Shown here piece after piece: positions 23,096-32,956 of a DNA stretch of 64,000 nt. Position 1 is the stretch's first letter. Each line of letters begins with the position of its first letter. The notes beneath the pieces were generated by a model, which made no database searches, was not told the DNA's origin, and worked only from the letters and a program-made list of their open reading frames with translations. Both the position numbers and the translations under genes were made by a program. Source of the stretch: Gemmatimonadaceae bacterium (GTDB taxonomy: Bacteria; Gemmatimonadota; Gemmatimonadetes; Gemmatimonadales; Gemmatimonadaceae); contig JBJMOW010000005.1 of NCBI GenBank assembly GCA_045803545.1, positions 192,001 to 256,000 of the forward strand, read 5' to 3'.

Positions 23096-24294
23096 TGTTG
23101 CTCGCGCCTCGCAACCGCGTCGATCTCACCGTCGCGCAGCAGTAGCTGGAACTCGATTCCGTCGGTGAACTCGCGCGCAGAAGTGAGGGGGCGGCCCTCG
23201 TTGTCTTTCGCCAGCGCGTACCCGCGGCCGAGCACTGCGAGCGGACTCAGCGCATTCAATCGTGAGGCGAAAGCGCTTAGCTCTGCTCTCTTCCGTTGAA
23301 CCGAATGAAGCGCAAGACGTGTCAACAGCGCCGGCATTCTGCGCAATTCGGTGCGCTCGCGCCGAACCCGGCTGTTCAACGCAGCGGCCGTTGCACGTCG
23401 CGCAAGCGTCAGCGCATGGCGGACATCGTCGCGTGATGCGCAGGCGGCCGACGCAGCCGCTGTCGGGGTCGGAGCACGCAGATCGGCAACCGCGTCACAG
23501 ATCGTCATGTCGACTTCGTGACCGACCGCCGATATCACAGGAATTGGCGAGCCAGCCACCGCGCGCGCGACACGTTCATCGTTGAACGCCCACAGGTCGT
23601 CCTTGCTTCCGCCGCCGCGTCCGACGATCAGGACATCGGCTTTCGCCCAGCGCCCGATTCTCCTGATCGCCGCGGCGATCTCACTCGCGGCTGTATCGCC
23701 CTGCACCTGGGCCGGACAGACCACAACGCGCGCGCCAATGTTTCGCTTGCGCAGCACGGCCACGATGTCGCGCAGCGCTGCGCCGTCCGCACTCGTGACC
23801 ACCGCCACGCAGCGCGGATAATGCGGCAGCGGCCGTTTCCGACCGGGCTCGAGCAAACCTTCCTTTCGTAACTTGGCGAGCGTGATCTCCATCGCCTTCC
23901 GCCAGAGACCATCGCCTTCGGCGTCGATACGCGAGACCTTGAGCTGCAAATCGCCGCGCGCAGCGTAGACCGTGAGCTGACCGAGCACGACAACCTGCAT
24001 TCCCTCGTCCGGCGCGGCGGGGATGCGATACTGGTCGCCGAGCCAGACCACGCAGCGAAGCTGCGACGCGCCGTCGCGCAGGCAGAAATACCAGTGGCCG
24101 TTGCGGTGCTTCTTGAAGTCGCTGACTTCGCCGCGTACCCACACTCTGCGGAAGCGAGCTTCGACGACGTCTTTGGCATCCATCGCCAGGTCGGCGACGG
24201 AGATTGGATGGGACGCGGATCCGATCGTCGTAACTTCGCTGCGCTCACGACGCGGAGGTGTCGGCTCGAACAAATCGAAGGGGAGCTGCTTCAT
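23092..24294 (-). CDS. xseA: Exodeoxyribonuclease VII large subunit
   Basis: VWVRGEVS, GHWYF, GRGGGS, SAVGHE, RAPTPT, LSPLAVLGRGY. Confidence 0.95.
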   Translation of the reverse strand: MKQLPFDLFEPTPPRRERSEVTTIGSASHPISVADLAMDAKDVVEARFRRVWVRGEVSDFKKHRNGHWYFCLRDGASQLRCVVWLGDQYRIPAAPDEGMQVVVLGQLTVYAARGDLQLKVSRIDAEGDGLWRKAMEITLAKLRKEGLLEPGRKRPLPHYPRCVAVVTSADGAALRDIVAVLRKRNIGARVVVCPAQVQGDTAASEIAAAIRRIGRWAKADVLIVGRGGGSKDDLWAFNDERVARAVAGSPIPVISAVGHEVDMTICDAVADLRAPTPTAAASAACASRDDVRHALTLARRATAAALNSRVRRERTELRRMPALLTRLALHSVQRKRAELSAFASRLNALSPLAVLGRGYALAKDNEGRPLTSAREFTDGIEFQLLLRDGEIDAVARREQQ

Positions 24295-25175
24295 CGCGCC
24301 GCCATCTCCGCCGCGCGCACAGTATTCAACATCAGCATGGCGATAGTCATCGGGCCAACTCCGCCAGGGACCGGCGTGATCTTGGACGCGACTTCCCGCA
24401 CGGCCTCAAAATCGACGTCGCCTCTCAAGCGCGTCCCCGACTTCGTGGAAGCGTCGGCGACACGATTGGTGCCGACATCGATCACCACTGCGCCGGCCTT
24501 CACCATATCGCGGGTGATCATCCCTGCCCTCCCGGCCGCAACGATCAAAATATCCGCCTCGCGCGTGCGCGCGCCGAGATCCTCGGTGTGTCGATGACAA
24601 ACCGTCACCGTGCAGTTTGCATTTTCGTTGTCCTGCATCATGAGCGCAGCCATCGGCTTGCCAACGATGTTGCTGCGACCGACAATCACGCAATTCCTGC
24701 CCGCGGTCTTCACACCGGATTCGCGGAGCAGCACCTGGACTCCGGCCGGAGTGCAAGGAATGAATCCGTCCTTCTCCCCGATCAGCATCTTTCCGACGTT
24801 CACCGGATGAAATCCATCCACGTCCTTGTACGGGTCGATGCGGCGAACCACAGCATCCGGATCAATGTGCCTGGGCAAAGGCATCTGCACGAGAATGCCG
24901 TGGATCTTGGGATCCGCATTCAGTTGATCTACGCGCCGCAGCAGCTCGTCCTGCGAGATCTCGACCGGCAATCGCAGGTTCTGGCTGTGCATCCCGGCCT
25001 CGTCGGCCGCCTTCGATTTGGAGCTGGTGTAGACGACGCTGGCCGGGTCTTCTCCGACCAGCACGACCGCGAGTCCCGGTTTTACTCCACGCTGGGCGAG
25101 TTTCCTTGCGCGCGCCGCCGCTTCTGCGCGAACCTTCCGGCCGATTGCGCGTCCATCGATCAACTCAGCGGGCAA
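24291..25175 (-). CDS. folD: Methylenetetrahydrofolate dehydrogenase/cyclohydrolase
   Basis: KDVDGFHP, PCTPAG, GRSNIVGKP, TPVPGGVGPMT. Confidence 0.96.
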   Translation of the reverse strand: MPAELIDGRAIGRKVRAEAAARARKLAQRGVKPGLAVVLVGEDPASVVYTSSKSKAADEAGMHSQNLRLPVEISQDELLRRVDQLNADPKIHGILVQMPLPRHIDPDAVVRRIDPYKDVDGFHPVNVGKMLIGEKDGFIPCTPAGVQVLLRESGVKTAGRNCVIVGRSNIVGKPMAALMMQDNENANCTVTVCHRHTEDLGARTREADILIVAAGRAGMITRDMVKAGAVVIDVGTNRVADASTKSGTRLRGDVDFEAVREVASKITPVPGGVGPMTIAMLMLNTVRAAEMAAR

Positions 25176-26754
25176 AGTCCACTGCTCGCGTCTCCCTGAT
25201 CAACACCACCTTGATCTGTCCAGGATACTGCAGCTCGGCCTCGATCCGTCGCGCAATCTCCTCGGTCAGAGATGTCATGCGCGGATCGTCGATCTCCTCC
25301 GGCGTGACGATGACGCGGATCTCGCGACCCGCCTGAATGGCGAAGACCTTCTCGATGCCGCGGTAGCTCGAGGCGATTTTCTCGAGACCCTCGAGTCGCT
25401 TCACATAGGTCTCGAACGCTTCACGCCGTGCGCCTGGACGCGCGCCGGAAATCGCGTCAGCTGCCTGCACCAGCACCGAGATCTCACTCTCGTGCGGCAC
25501 ATCGTCGTGGTGCGCCGCGATGCAATTCACCACAAACGGATTCTCACCGTAACGCGTGGCGACTTCGACGCCGAGCTGAACGTGAGTGCCTTCGTGCTCG
25601 TGGGTGAGAACTTTTCCGATGTCGTGCAGCAGCGCGCCGCGACGCGCAAGGTTGACGTCGAGCGCGAGCTCGGCGGCCATAATGCCCGCAAGCCACGCCA
25701 CTTCCTTGGAGTGGTTGAGAATGTTCTGGCCGTAGCTGGTGCGCCAACGCATGCGGCCAATCAGCTTGATCAGCTCGGGGTGAAGACCATGGACGCCACT
25801 CTCGTAGGCTGCCTGCTCCCCGGTCTCGACGATCGACGTATCGACTTCCTGACGCGACTTGTTGACGACTTCCTCGATCCGGCCAGGATGAATGCGACCG
25901 TCTGCAACGAGCTTCTCGAGCGACAGACGGGCGATCTCGCGGCGCACTGGATCGAAGCAGGAGACGACGACGGTGTCGGGCGTATCGTCGATGATGACAT
26001 CGACTCCGGTCGCTAGCTCGAACGCGCGAATGTTGCGGCCTTCGCGGCCGATGATCCTGCCCTTCATCTCATCATTCGGCAGCGACACCGCGGACACCGT
26101 CGCTTCGACGCTCTGTTCAGCCGCAATTCGTTGGATCGCCAGAGCTATGATCTTCTTTGCCTCTCGATCAGCGTTGCGCTTGGCGGTCTCGCGGATCTCG
26201 CGGATTTTGTTCGCCGCATCGGCCTGAGCTTCTTCTTCCATGCGATGGATCAGCTCGTTCTTGGCATCGCCCGCTGTGATGCCGGCGATCTGTTCGAGCC
26301 GGCGCCGCTCTTCTCCGAGCAGCTTTTCGAGCTCCTGCTGACGCTGCGCGACGGTCTGTTCGTGGGCGGCAACCGCTTCGGTGCGCCTGCTAGTGTCGCG
26401 CTCGCGCTGTTCGAGGAGGTCGTATTTGCGATTCAGCTGGCCTTCGCGATCGTCGACGCGGCGTTCTTCACGCTCGACTTCCTCGCGGCGCCCGCGAACT
26501 TCCGACTCCCATTCCTCGCGGAGCTTGATGAGCTCTTCCTTGCCGCTGAGGACGGCGGCCTTGCGCAGACTCTCAGCTTCGCGCTCGGCTTCACCCACGA
26601 TGCGCCTGGACGTCTCTTCAGCAGTTGCTTTTGCCAGTTGCTGGCGACGGAGCTCCCCACGTCGGCCAATCCTGCTTCCAATAAAGAAAAAAACCGCACC
26701 GGCAACGATGAACAGAAGTGTGCCAGCTGCGGCGAACCAGGCAGTAGTCGTCAT
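25165..26754 (-). CDS. rny: Ribonuclease Y
   Basis: N-terminal TM, coiled coil, KH (KGRIIGREGRNIR), HD domain (LLHDIGK), RPGARRE. Confidence 0.96.
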   Translation of the reverse strand: MTTTAWFAAAGTLLFIVAGAVFFFIGSRIGRRGELRRQQLAKATAEETSRRIVGEAEREAESLRKAAVLSGKEELIKLREEWESEVRGRREEVEREERRVDDREGQLNRKYDLLEQRERDTSRRTEAVAAHEQTVAQRQQELEKLLGEERRRLEQIAGITAGDAKNELIHRMEEEAQADAANKIREIRETAKRNADREAKKIIALAIQRIAAEQSVEATVSAVSLPNDEMKGRIIGREGRNIRAFELATGVDVIIDDTPDTVVVSCFDPVRREIARLSLEKLVADGRIHPGRIEEVVNKSRQEVDTSIVETGEQAAYESGVHGLHPELIKLIGRMRWRTSYGQNILNHSKEVAWLAGIMAAELALDVNLARRGALLHDIGKVLTHEHEGTHVQLGVEVATRYGENPFVVNCIAAHHDDVPHESEISVLVQAADAISGARPGARREAFETYVKRLEGLEKIASSYRGIEKVFAIQAGREIRVIVTPEEIDDPRMTSLTEEIARRIEAELQYPGQIKVVLIRETRAVDFAR

Positions 26755-26877
26755 AGTCCAGATCTATGTTGGGCCCGCGGTCAAGCCACAGGCGGCCCCT
26801 ATCGCGCCGGAAAGTCGTCGCGTAGTTGGACTCTAAGCTAATGCTGGTTAGGAGGTTAGGCTATAAGGATCTCGGCG

Positions 26878-27174
26878 TCAGTCCTTCCGCTTTGCCGGCG
26901 GCAACCACGGTCTGATCTCGCTTCCGAGCCGGCGCATCGACGCGGCTAGATCCTCGCCGCCCTCTCGCGCATCAAACAGTTCGTCCGTAATGGACAGGGC
27001 AGCGAGAATTGCGGCTTTCTGAGTCTCGACGATGTTTCCGGCCCGCATCGTCTCGCGAATGATCTTGTCGACGTGCTCCGCCACTGCGCGGGTGCGCTCA
27101 GGGCTGGCATCGCTGCGAATCGAGTATTCGTCCCCGAGAATGCTGACTTTGACGACGTTCTTTTTCGAGCTCAA
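26878..27174 (-). CDS. zapA: Cell division protein ZapA
   Basis: VSILGDEYSI, AAILAALSI; conserved pheT-zapA-rny context. Confidence 0.85.
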   Translation of the reverse strand: MSSKKNVVKVSILGDEYSIRSDASPERTRAVAEHVDKIIRETMRAGNIVETQKAAILAALSITDELFDAREGGEDLAASMRRLGSEIRPWLPPAKRKD

Positions 27175-27467
27175 CGGGCCGCCGCTCCGTCGTGCTGCTG
27201 TCTCAGGAATCGAACCCTGTCGATCATCTGCTGAGTCCGCGCACGCGCAGCTTCGAGTCGCTTGCTAAGGCCGGCGTTCTCCCGTTCGAGGAACTGCATT
27301 CGCTCCGGAGAAGCGACGCCTTTCACTCCGGTCTCGCCGAGTGACTTGAGCCTCGCCTCTGCCTGAAGCGCGCGGCGACGGAAGGAGGCGAGCTCATCTC
27401 CCAGGTGTTTTACCAGCTGTTCCAGCTCCGCAAACGCGGCTACTTCAGGACGTGCGCTGTCTGACAC
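27171..27467 (-). CDS. Hypothetical coiled-coil protein (ZapB-like position)
   Basis: GTG at 27467 preceded by GAAGGAG; heptad-rich; between pheT and zapA. Confidence 0.65.
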   Translation of the reverse strand: MSDSARPEVAAFAELEQLVKHLGDELASFRRRALQAEARLKSLGETGVKGVASPERMQFLERENAGLSKRLEAARARTQQMIDRVRFLRQQHDGAAAR

Positions 27468-29859
27468 CCAGTTCTCCTTCAAGTGCTTTTACGATTTTCG
27501 CCGTGCGTTCCTGGACTTCTTTGTCCTTTAGTGTGCGCTCCGAGTCCCTGAAGGTCAACGCCCACGCAAGACTACGCGAGCCTTCAGGAATACCCTGACC
27601 GATGAACTCGTCGAACAAAGTGAGTGTCTCCAACAGCTTGCCTGCTTCCTTGCGAATGACTCCTTCGATTTGGGCTGCCGTCACATTGGTGGCCGCAATC
27701 AGCGCCAGATCAACCTGCGCCCTCGGTGTCGCGGGAATCGCTTCGTATTTGCGTGCTTTGCCGGCGCTCTGCGACAGCGCCTCGAGATTTATCTCGAAGC
27801 CGAATGCCGGGTGTGCCCACACTGGAGCGTCGAGAGTCAGGCGACGCGCGGAGCCAATGCTCGTACCGTCGGCCTTCACGTCCCAAAGAGTTTCACCACT
27901 CCCAGGCACCAGCTCGATGCGCGCGTATGGATAGGCGACTGACGCAGTGCGCTCCGCCAGGAATTTGATGTCCCAGTCGTCGTAACTCGGTTGAATCGCC
28001 TTGGTGAAATGGGTCGGCGAACGCTGTCCCATCACCAGCGCTGCAACGTGCATCTCCTCGTGTGGCAGCGCGGCGAGCTTCGGGCCCGGCGCCGACGCGT
28101 TGTTTCCCGAAGCAAAGAACGCAGTTCCGATCTCGAACAGCCGCACGTTGCCCTGCATGCGCGCCAGATTGTACTCGGCGCGACCGATCAGCGTCGTCAG
28201 AAGATCGCCGCGTAAATACGCTTCGTCTTCCGCGAGCGGGTTGGTGACACGCACCGTTCCGCCCTTGTTGGATGAGACGAACGGCATTGGTCGAACCTCG
28301 TTCAGTCCAGCACCGACCAGAGCTTCCTGCAATCGTTCCGTGACGGCGACCAGCGGTGCATCGGGAACCGCGCTCGCCCGGAAGGGGCGCAGCTCCGATG
28401 AGAATGTGTCGTAGCCGCGCAGGCGCGCGACCTCTTCGGTGAGATCGACATCGGCTTTCACATCGTGGCGCCAGCTGGGTGGCGTCACCTTGATGACTTC
28501 CTTCGCTTCGGGCGCGATTCTGAATCCGACTGAGCGCAGGTTCTTCTCGACCTCACCGATATCAACGCTTTCGCCGAGCAGGCGGTTCACCCGAGCGAGC
28601 TTGAGCGAAACCGGCTGAGGCCGCTTCGGGAGCGGATACAGATCGATCGGGCTACCCTGCGGGATGCCGCCGGCAACGGAGAGAATCAGCCGCACCGCGT
28701 AGTCGACGAGGCCTGGAATGGCATCGACATCGACGCCACGCTCGAAGCGATAGCTCGCATCAGTCGTGAGGTTAAGGCGACGCCTCGTCGCGCGAACACG
28801 CGCGGGGTCGAACGCCGCGACCTCGAGGAAGATTTCGGTTGTCTCGTCGGTAACCTCACTGCCATGGCCGCCGATGATTCCACCGATCGCCTGGGCGCGT
28901 TCAGCATCTCCGATCACGATCCCGCCGGGGGGCAGCGTGCGGTCGACGCCGTCGAGAGTTTTGATCAACTCTTCACCGCGTGTTTTGCGAACGACGATGG
29001 TGTCGCGTGCGAGTTTCTCCAGATCGAACGCGTGCATCGGCTGACCGAAACCGTGCAGCATGTAGTTGGTGACGTCGACTACGTTGTTGATCGAGCGAAG
29101 TCCAACCGATTGTAATCGCCGCACCAGCCAATCCGGACTCGGCGCGACCTTTAAACCGGTGACGACCGCGCCGGCGTAACGAACGCAGCCTTCGGTATCC
29201 TCGAGCCGAACAGTGACATCTCCGACCTTGCCGGAGGTCGCTTTCACGGTGTGGGTGCGGATGACAAAATTCTTTTCGCCGGCAATCTCCGGGCGCGTCA
29301 GCCCTTCACCGGTGGCGGCGGCGATCTCGCGCGCGAGGCCTTCGTGAGACAATAGGTCCGGCCGATTCGGCAGCACGTCGATAACGAGCCGAGTGTCACC
29401 CAGCGGCATCACGTCGAGCAGTCTCGTCCCGGGTTCAGCGCTGAGAGAGAGCGCCATAATCCCTTCCTGATCCTGACCAAGTCCCAGCTCGCGCGCAGAG
29501 CACAACATGCCCTCTGAGGTCTCGCCACGAATTTTTTTCTTCTCGATCTTGAGACCACCCGGAAGGGTTGATCCAACCGGCGCGAACGGGTAAAGCGTGT
29601 CCGCGGCGACGTTCTGTGCGCCGCACACGACTTCACGCAGCGTCCCGCCGCCCGCGTCGACCTTCGTCAGCCAGAGATGATCCGAGTTGGGATGCCGTTT
29701 AACCTCCACCACCCGACCGACGACGACGTCGCGCAGATCATCCCGCAATGAGACGACATCGTCGACCGTCGCGCACCGCGACGTCAGGAGATCTCGCAGC
29801 TCGGTCGGGGTCAGCTGGAACGGGACGAACGTCCGTAACCACTCGTACGAGGCGTTCAT
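27445..29859 (-). CDS. pheT: Phenylalanine--tRNA ligase beta subunit
   Basis: SYEWL, VVCGAQN, SEGMLCS, PNRPD, INNVVDVTNY, ASYRFERG; start ATG 29859 overlapping the pheS stop. Confidence 0.96.
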   Translation of the reverse strand: MNASYEWLRTFVPFQLTPTELRDLLTSRCATVDDVVSLRDDLRDVVVGRVVEVKRHPNSDHLWLTKVDAGGGTLREVVCGAQNVAADTLYPFAPVGSTLPGGLKIEKKKIRGETSEGMLCSARELGLGQDQEGIMALSLSAEPGTRLLDVMPLGDTRLVIDVLPNRPDLLSHEGLAREIAAATGEGLTRPEIAGEKNFVIRTHTVKATSGKVGDVTVRLEDTEGCVRYAGAVVTGLKVAPSPDWLVRRLQSVGLRSINNVVDVTNYMLHGFGQPMHAFDLEKLARDTIVVRKTRGEELIKTLDGVDRTLPPGGIVIGDAERAQAIGGIIGGHGSEVTDETTEIFLEVAAFDPARVRATRRRLNLTTDASYRFERGVDVDAIPGLVDYAVRLILSVAGGIPQGSPIDLYPLPKRPQPVSLKLARVNRLLGESVDIGEVEKNLRSVGFRIAPEAKEVIKVTPPSWRHDVKADVDLTEEVARLRGYDTFSSELRPFRASAVPDAPLVAVTERLQEALVGAGLNEVRPMPFVSSNKGGTVRVTNPLAEDEAYLRGDLLTTLIGRAEYNLARMQGNVRLFEIGTAFFASGNNASAPGPKLAALPHEEMHVAALVMGQRSPTHFTKAIQPSYDDWDIKFLAERTASVAYPYARIELVPGSGETLWDVKADGTSIGSARRLTLDAPVWAHPAFGFEINLEALSQSAGKARKYEAIPATPRAQVDLALIAATNVTAAQIEGVIRKEAGKLLETLTLFDEFIGQGIPEGSRSLAWALTFRDSERTLKDKEVQERTAKIVKALEGELGVRQRTS

Positions 29860-30884
29860 CGCGAAATCTGATAGAGGAACCGCACATCGGAGTCGTAAAG
29901 AATCCGGATGTCGGGGATGTCGTACCGAAGCATCGCTATGCGCGCGGGACCCATGCCGAAAGCCCAGCCGGTGTACTTGTCCGCGTCGAGACCGGCGGCG
30001 TTGATGACAGATGGGTGCACCATTCCCGAGCCGAGTATCTCCATCCAGCCGGTGCCCTTGCAACTGGCGCAGCCGGAGCCATGACACAGCTGACACTCGA
30101 CATCCATTTCAGCGGATGGCTCGGTGAACGGGAAATAGCTCGGACGGAAGCGCGTCCTGGTCTTGCCGAAGAAGCGATTTGCAAAATGAACGAGCGTCGC
30201 CTTTAAATCGACGAAACTCACTCCTTCATCGATTGCCAGCCCCTCGATCTGGGCGAACATCGGCGCGTGCGACGCATCGAAGAAGTCGCGACGATAGGCG
30301 TTTCCCGGGCTAAGGATGCGAATCGGCGGCTTGTACTTCTGCATCGTGCGGATCTGCACCGGTGAGGTGTGCGTGCGGAGCAGCACACTCTCGCTCAGAT
30401 ACAATGTGTCGTGAAGATCGAGCGCTGGATGGTCGGGCGGGAAGTTGAGCGCCGTGAAGTTGTACCACTCCGTCTCCGCTTCCGGGCCCATCGCGATCGT
30501 GAAGCCGAGCTCGCGGAAGATGTCCTGGATTTCCTCGATGACGAGCGTCACCGGGTGCTTCGAGCCGAGCCACTGACGGCGCGCCGGCATGGTGAGATCG
30601 ACACTCTTCTTCGACGTGCTCGCGGCATCGAGCTGCCGCCGCCGGTCGTCGAGCGCCGCTTCGAGCTTCTGCTTGACGGCGTTGATCAGCGAACCGCCTT
30701 CACGCAGGTCGGCCGGCGAGAGAGAGGGCAGTTGCTTGAACAGCTCAGGCAGCCGACCGGACTTTCTGCCGAGCAGCGTGGTGCGCGCTTCTTCGAGCAG
30801 CGTCGCCGTCGTGGCGGCGTCGATCAACTTCTCGCCGTCGGTTGCAATGGCAGTGACTTGTTGCTGGAATTCAGAAAGAGTCAC
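29856..30884 (-). CDS. pheS: Phenylalanine--tRNA ligase alpha subunit
   Basis: LLRTHTSPVQ, FRPSYFPFTEPSAE, EILGSGMVHP. Confidence 0.97.
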   Translation of the reverse strand: MTLSEFQQQVTAIATDGEKLIDAATTATLLEEARTTLLGRKSGRLPELFKQLPSLSPADLREGGSLINAVKQKLEAALDDRRRQLDAASTSKKSVDLTMPARRQWLGSKHPVTLVIEEIQDIFRELGFTIAMGPEAETEWYNFTALNFPPDHPALDLHDTLYLSESVLLRTHTSPVQIRTMQKYKPPIRILSPGNAYRRDFFDASHAPMFAQIEGLAIDEGVSFVDLKATLVHFANRFFGKTRTRFRPSYFPFTEPSAEMDVECQLCHGSGCASCKGTGWMEILGSGMVHPSVINAAGLDADKYTGWAFGMGPARIAMLRYDIPDIRILYDSDVRFLYQISR

Positions 30885-30916
30885 GTAGAGTCAGCGTACG
30901 GGTAGGCGCGGCTGCA

Positions 30917-30974
30917 GAAAACAAAAGGACTCTACCGCGCGGTTTTCAGATTAGCGCCGGTAGAGTCCCTTTTG
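30917..30974 (-). terminator. Intrinsic terminator after rplT
   Basis: GGACTCTACC...GGTAGAGTCC stem followed on the minus strand by TTTTGTTTT. Confidence 0.7.
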
Positions 30975-30990
30975 AATCCTTGCGAGAATT

Positions 30991-31353
30991 TTACGCGGCG
31001 TCCAATGCAGATCTCGCCCTTTCGGCGAGAGCGGTAAACGCTTCGGCATCGTTGACGGCGATGTCGGCAAGAATCTTACGGTCGATCTCGACACCGGCTT
31101 TCTTGAGTCCGCTCATGAAGACCGAATACGACATCCCGTTCTGGTGTGCCCCCGCGTTGATGCGGATGATCCAGAGCTTGCGGAAATCGCGCTTCTTGTT
31201 CTTGCGATCGCGATAGGCATACTTCCAGCCGCGTTCGACGTTCTCCTTCGCCGGTCTCCAAAGTTTGCTGCGGGCGCCAAAGGCACCGCGCGCAGCTTTC
31301 ATTACCTGTTTCTTGCGCTTGAGTCGCGCGACGTTTGATCTAACGCGTGGCAT
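30991..31353 (-). CDS. rplT: 50S ribosomal protein L20
   Basis: [30 protein letters not shown]. Confidence 0.97.
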   Translation of the reverse strand: MPRVRSNVARLKRKKQVMKAARGAFGARSKLWRPAKENVERGWKYAYRDRKNKKRDFRKLWIIRINAGAHQNGMSYSVFMSGLKKAGVEIDRKILADIAVNDAEAFTALAERARSALDAA

Positions 31354-31364
31354 TGATGTTTCCT

Positions 31365-31562
31365 CTAAGCCTGCAGCAGGCGCTTGAGATGCTTCATCTC
31401 GCCTGAAGTGTGAATGTCAGATGGCCGACGCAGACGACGCTTTCTCTTCGACGTCTTCTTCGTCAGGATGTGGCTCTTGAACGCTCTCATGCGTTTGATC
31501 TTTCCAGAACCGGTGATCTTGAAGCGCTTTCTGGCTCCTTTGTGAGCCTTCATTTTCGGCAT
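31365..31562 (-). CDS. rpmI: 50S ribosomal protein L35
   Basis: [27 protein letters not shown]. Confidence 0.96.
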   Translation of the reverse strand: MPKMKAHKGARKRFKITGSGKIKRMRAFKSHILTKKTSKRKRRLRRPSDIHTSGEMKHLKRLLQA

Positions 31563-31590
31563 TGCTTTTTCCCTTTATGTCGGTCTCGCG

Positions 31591-32106
31591 TCACTTCGGC
31601 GAGAGAATCATCGTCATGAACTTCCCTTCGAACTTCGCGTCGGTCTCGATCTTGGCGACGTCGGACAATTCCTGAGCGACGCGCGTCACAACCTGTCGAC
31701 CCAGCTCGGGGTGGGCAATCTGCCTGCCCCTGAACATCAGCGTGATCTTCACCTTGTTCCCTTCCTGGATGAACTCCCGCGCGTGGCGGGTCTTGGTCAT
31801 GAAGTCGTGCTCCTCGATGCCGGGGCGGAACTTCACTTCCTTGAGGTGAATCACGTGCTGCTTTTTCTTCGCCTGGCGAGCCATCTTGGCTTGCTCGAAT
31901 TTGAACTTCCCGTAGTCCATGATGCGGGCAACGGGCGGCCTCGCCATTGGTGCTACTTCGACCAGATCCAACCCCTGCTCGATTGCGGCAGCGAGCGCGG
32001 TATCAACATCCATGATGCCGAGCTGAGCGCCGTCGGCAGCAATTACTCTGATTGGACTGATGCGGATCTGTTTGTTGACGCGAACGCGCTTTGTAGTGTC
32101 CTGGAT
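31591..32106 (-). CDS. infC: Translation initiation factor IF-3 (probable ATC start)
   Basis: RVNKQIR, GLDLVEVAP, IMDYGKFKFE, KEVKFRP, MFRGR; SD-like GAGGGG precedes ATC at 32106. Confidence 0.93.
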   Translation of the reverse strand: MQDTTKRVRVNKQIRISPIRVIAADGAQLGIMDVDTALAAAIEQGLDLVEVAPMARPPVARIMDYGKFKFEQAKMARQAKKKQHVIHLKEVKFRPGIEEHDFMTKTRHAREFIQEGNKVKITLMFRGRQIAHPELGRQVVTRVAQELSDVAKIETDAKFEGKFMTMILSPK

Positions 32107-32126
32107 ACGCCCCTCTTCGATACTGG

Positions 32127-32282
32127 AAAACAAAAACGCGGACCCAATTCTGGAGTCCGCGCGGCGACACTGAGTCCGGTCTGGACGCAATGTCTTGGCA
32201 TGAACTCCTGCAGCTCGCCTCGGGAGAACGAGGGCCAAAGGGTGGAGCAGTCCGCCCGGACCGCCCGCTTATCGCATTGTGA
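32127..32282 (-). promoter_or_regulatory. Structured infC-rpmI-rplT leader with terminator-like hairpin (L20-leader-like attenuator)
   Basis: Hairpin CGCGGACTC-CAGAATT-GGGTCCGCG plus TTTTTGTTTT just before the SD; promoter TTGCAG-17-TATCTT at 32317-32289. Confidence 0.6.
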
Positions 32283-32336
32283 GGACGTAAGATAGAGGCA
32301 GCGGGTTACATCTGCAAGACGGATTTGCGCGGGTTA

Positions 32337-32484
32337 CTGAGGACTGAGGTCTGTGACTAAGTGCATCGATCATCGAGGACTAAGTGAGGATGGAGGACAA
32401 TCGAGAACTGGATTGCACGGTCCTCGATATCCTCTTATCGATTAATCCTCGATGATCGATGCACTTAGTCCTCAGGCCTCAGTC
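32337..32484. repeat. Palindromic intergenic element, family A copy 1
   Basis: Arms GACTGAGGTCTGTGACTAAGTGCATCGATCATCGAGGA / TCCTCGATGATCGATGCACTTAGTCCTCAGGCCTCAGTC; homologous to 36286-36477 and 55884-56050. Confidence 0.88.
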
Positions 32485-32529
32485 GCCTGACTGCTTCCCG
32501 CCCGAACCGCGGTTCTCTAGATTCGCCGC

Positions 32530-32955
32530 ATGACGAAAAAGGTGATTGGCGGCCGCACTGAAAAGCGGATATCCGTGGATGGCATAGGCGGCGTTTTCCT
32601 TTACGCCAACGATGCCAAAGTGCTGTCGAACTGGTACGCCCATCACTTCGGGATGCGCATCGAAACCTATGAGGACGGAAAGGTCTACGGCACCGAGTTC
32701 AAGTACCGCCGCCTCAGTGATTCGTCCAAAATCGACTCGACGGTTTTCTCGATATCCCAAGCGAAGACTCCGTTGACCGCCGAGCGCAGCGAGTGCGTGG
32801 TGAACTATCGCGTGCGCGATCTCACTGCCTTTCTCGCGCAGCTCAAAGCGGACGGCGTCGAGGTCGAGAAGACGGAGGACTTTGACTACGGACGGTTTGC
32901 GTGGGTACGGGATCCCGAGGGGAATCGGATTGAGCTGTACCAGCCGCTCAATTAA
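32530..32955 (+). CDS. VOC (glyoxalase/bleomycin-resistance) family protein
   Basis: GIGGVF, VNYRVRDL, YGRFAWVRDPEGNRIELYQP. Confidence 0.9.
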   Translation: MTKKVIGGRTEKRISVDGIGGVFLYANDAKVLSNWYAHHFGMRIETYEDGKVYGTEFKYRRLSDSSKIDSTVFSISQAKTPLTAERSECVVNYRVRDLTAFLAQLKADGVEVEKTEDFDYGRFAWVRDPEGNRIELYQPLN

Positions 32956-32956
32956 A

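Noticed and set aside
29860..30096. Extended N-termini in the ORF track for pheT, lysA, guaA, infC, rsmD, arcA and hemW
   Set aside because: They overlap neighbouring genes or repeats; conserved N-terminal motifs and stop/start coupling indicate downstream starts.
30917..30974. pheST attenuator or T-box
   Set aside because: Only a simple terminator-like hairpin; no Phe-rich leader peptide or T-box consensus seen.
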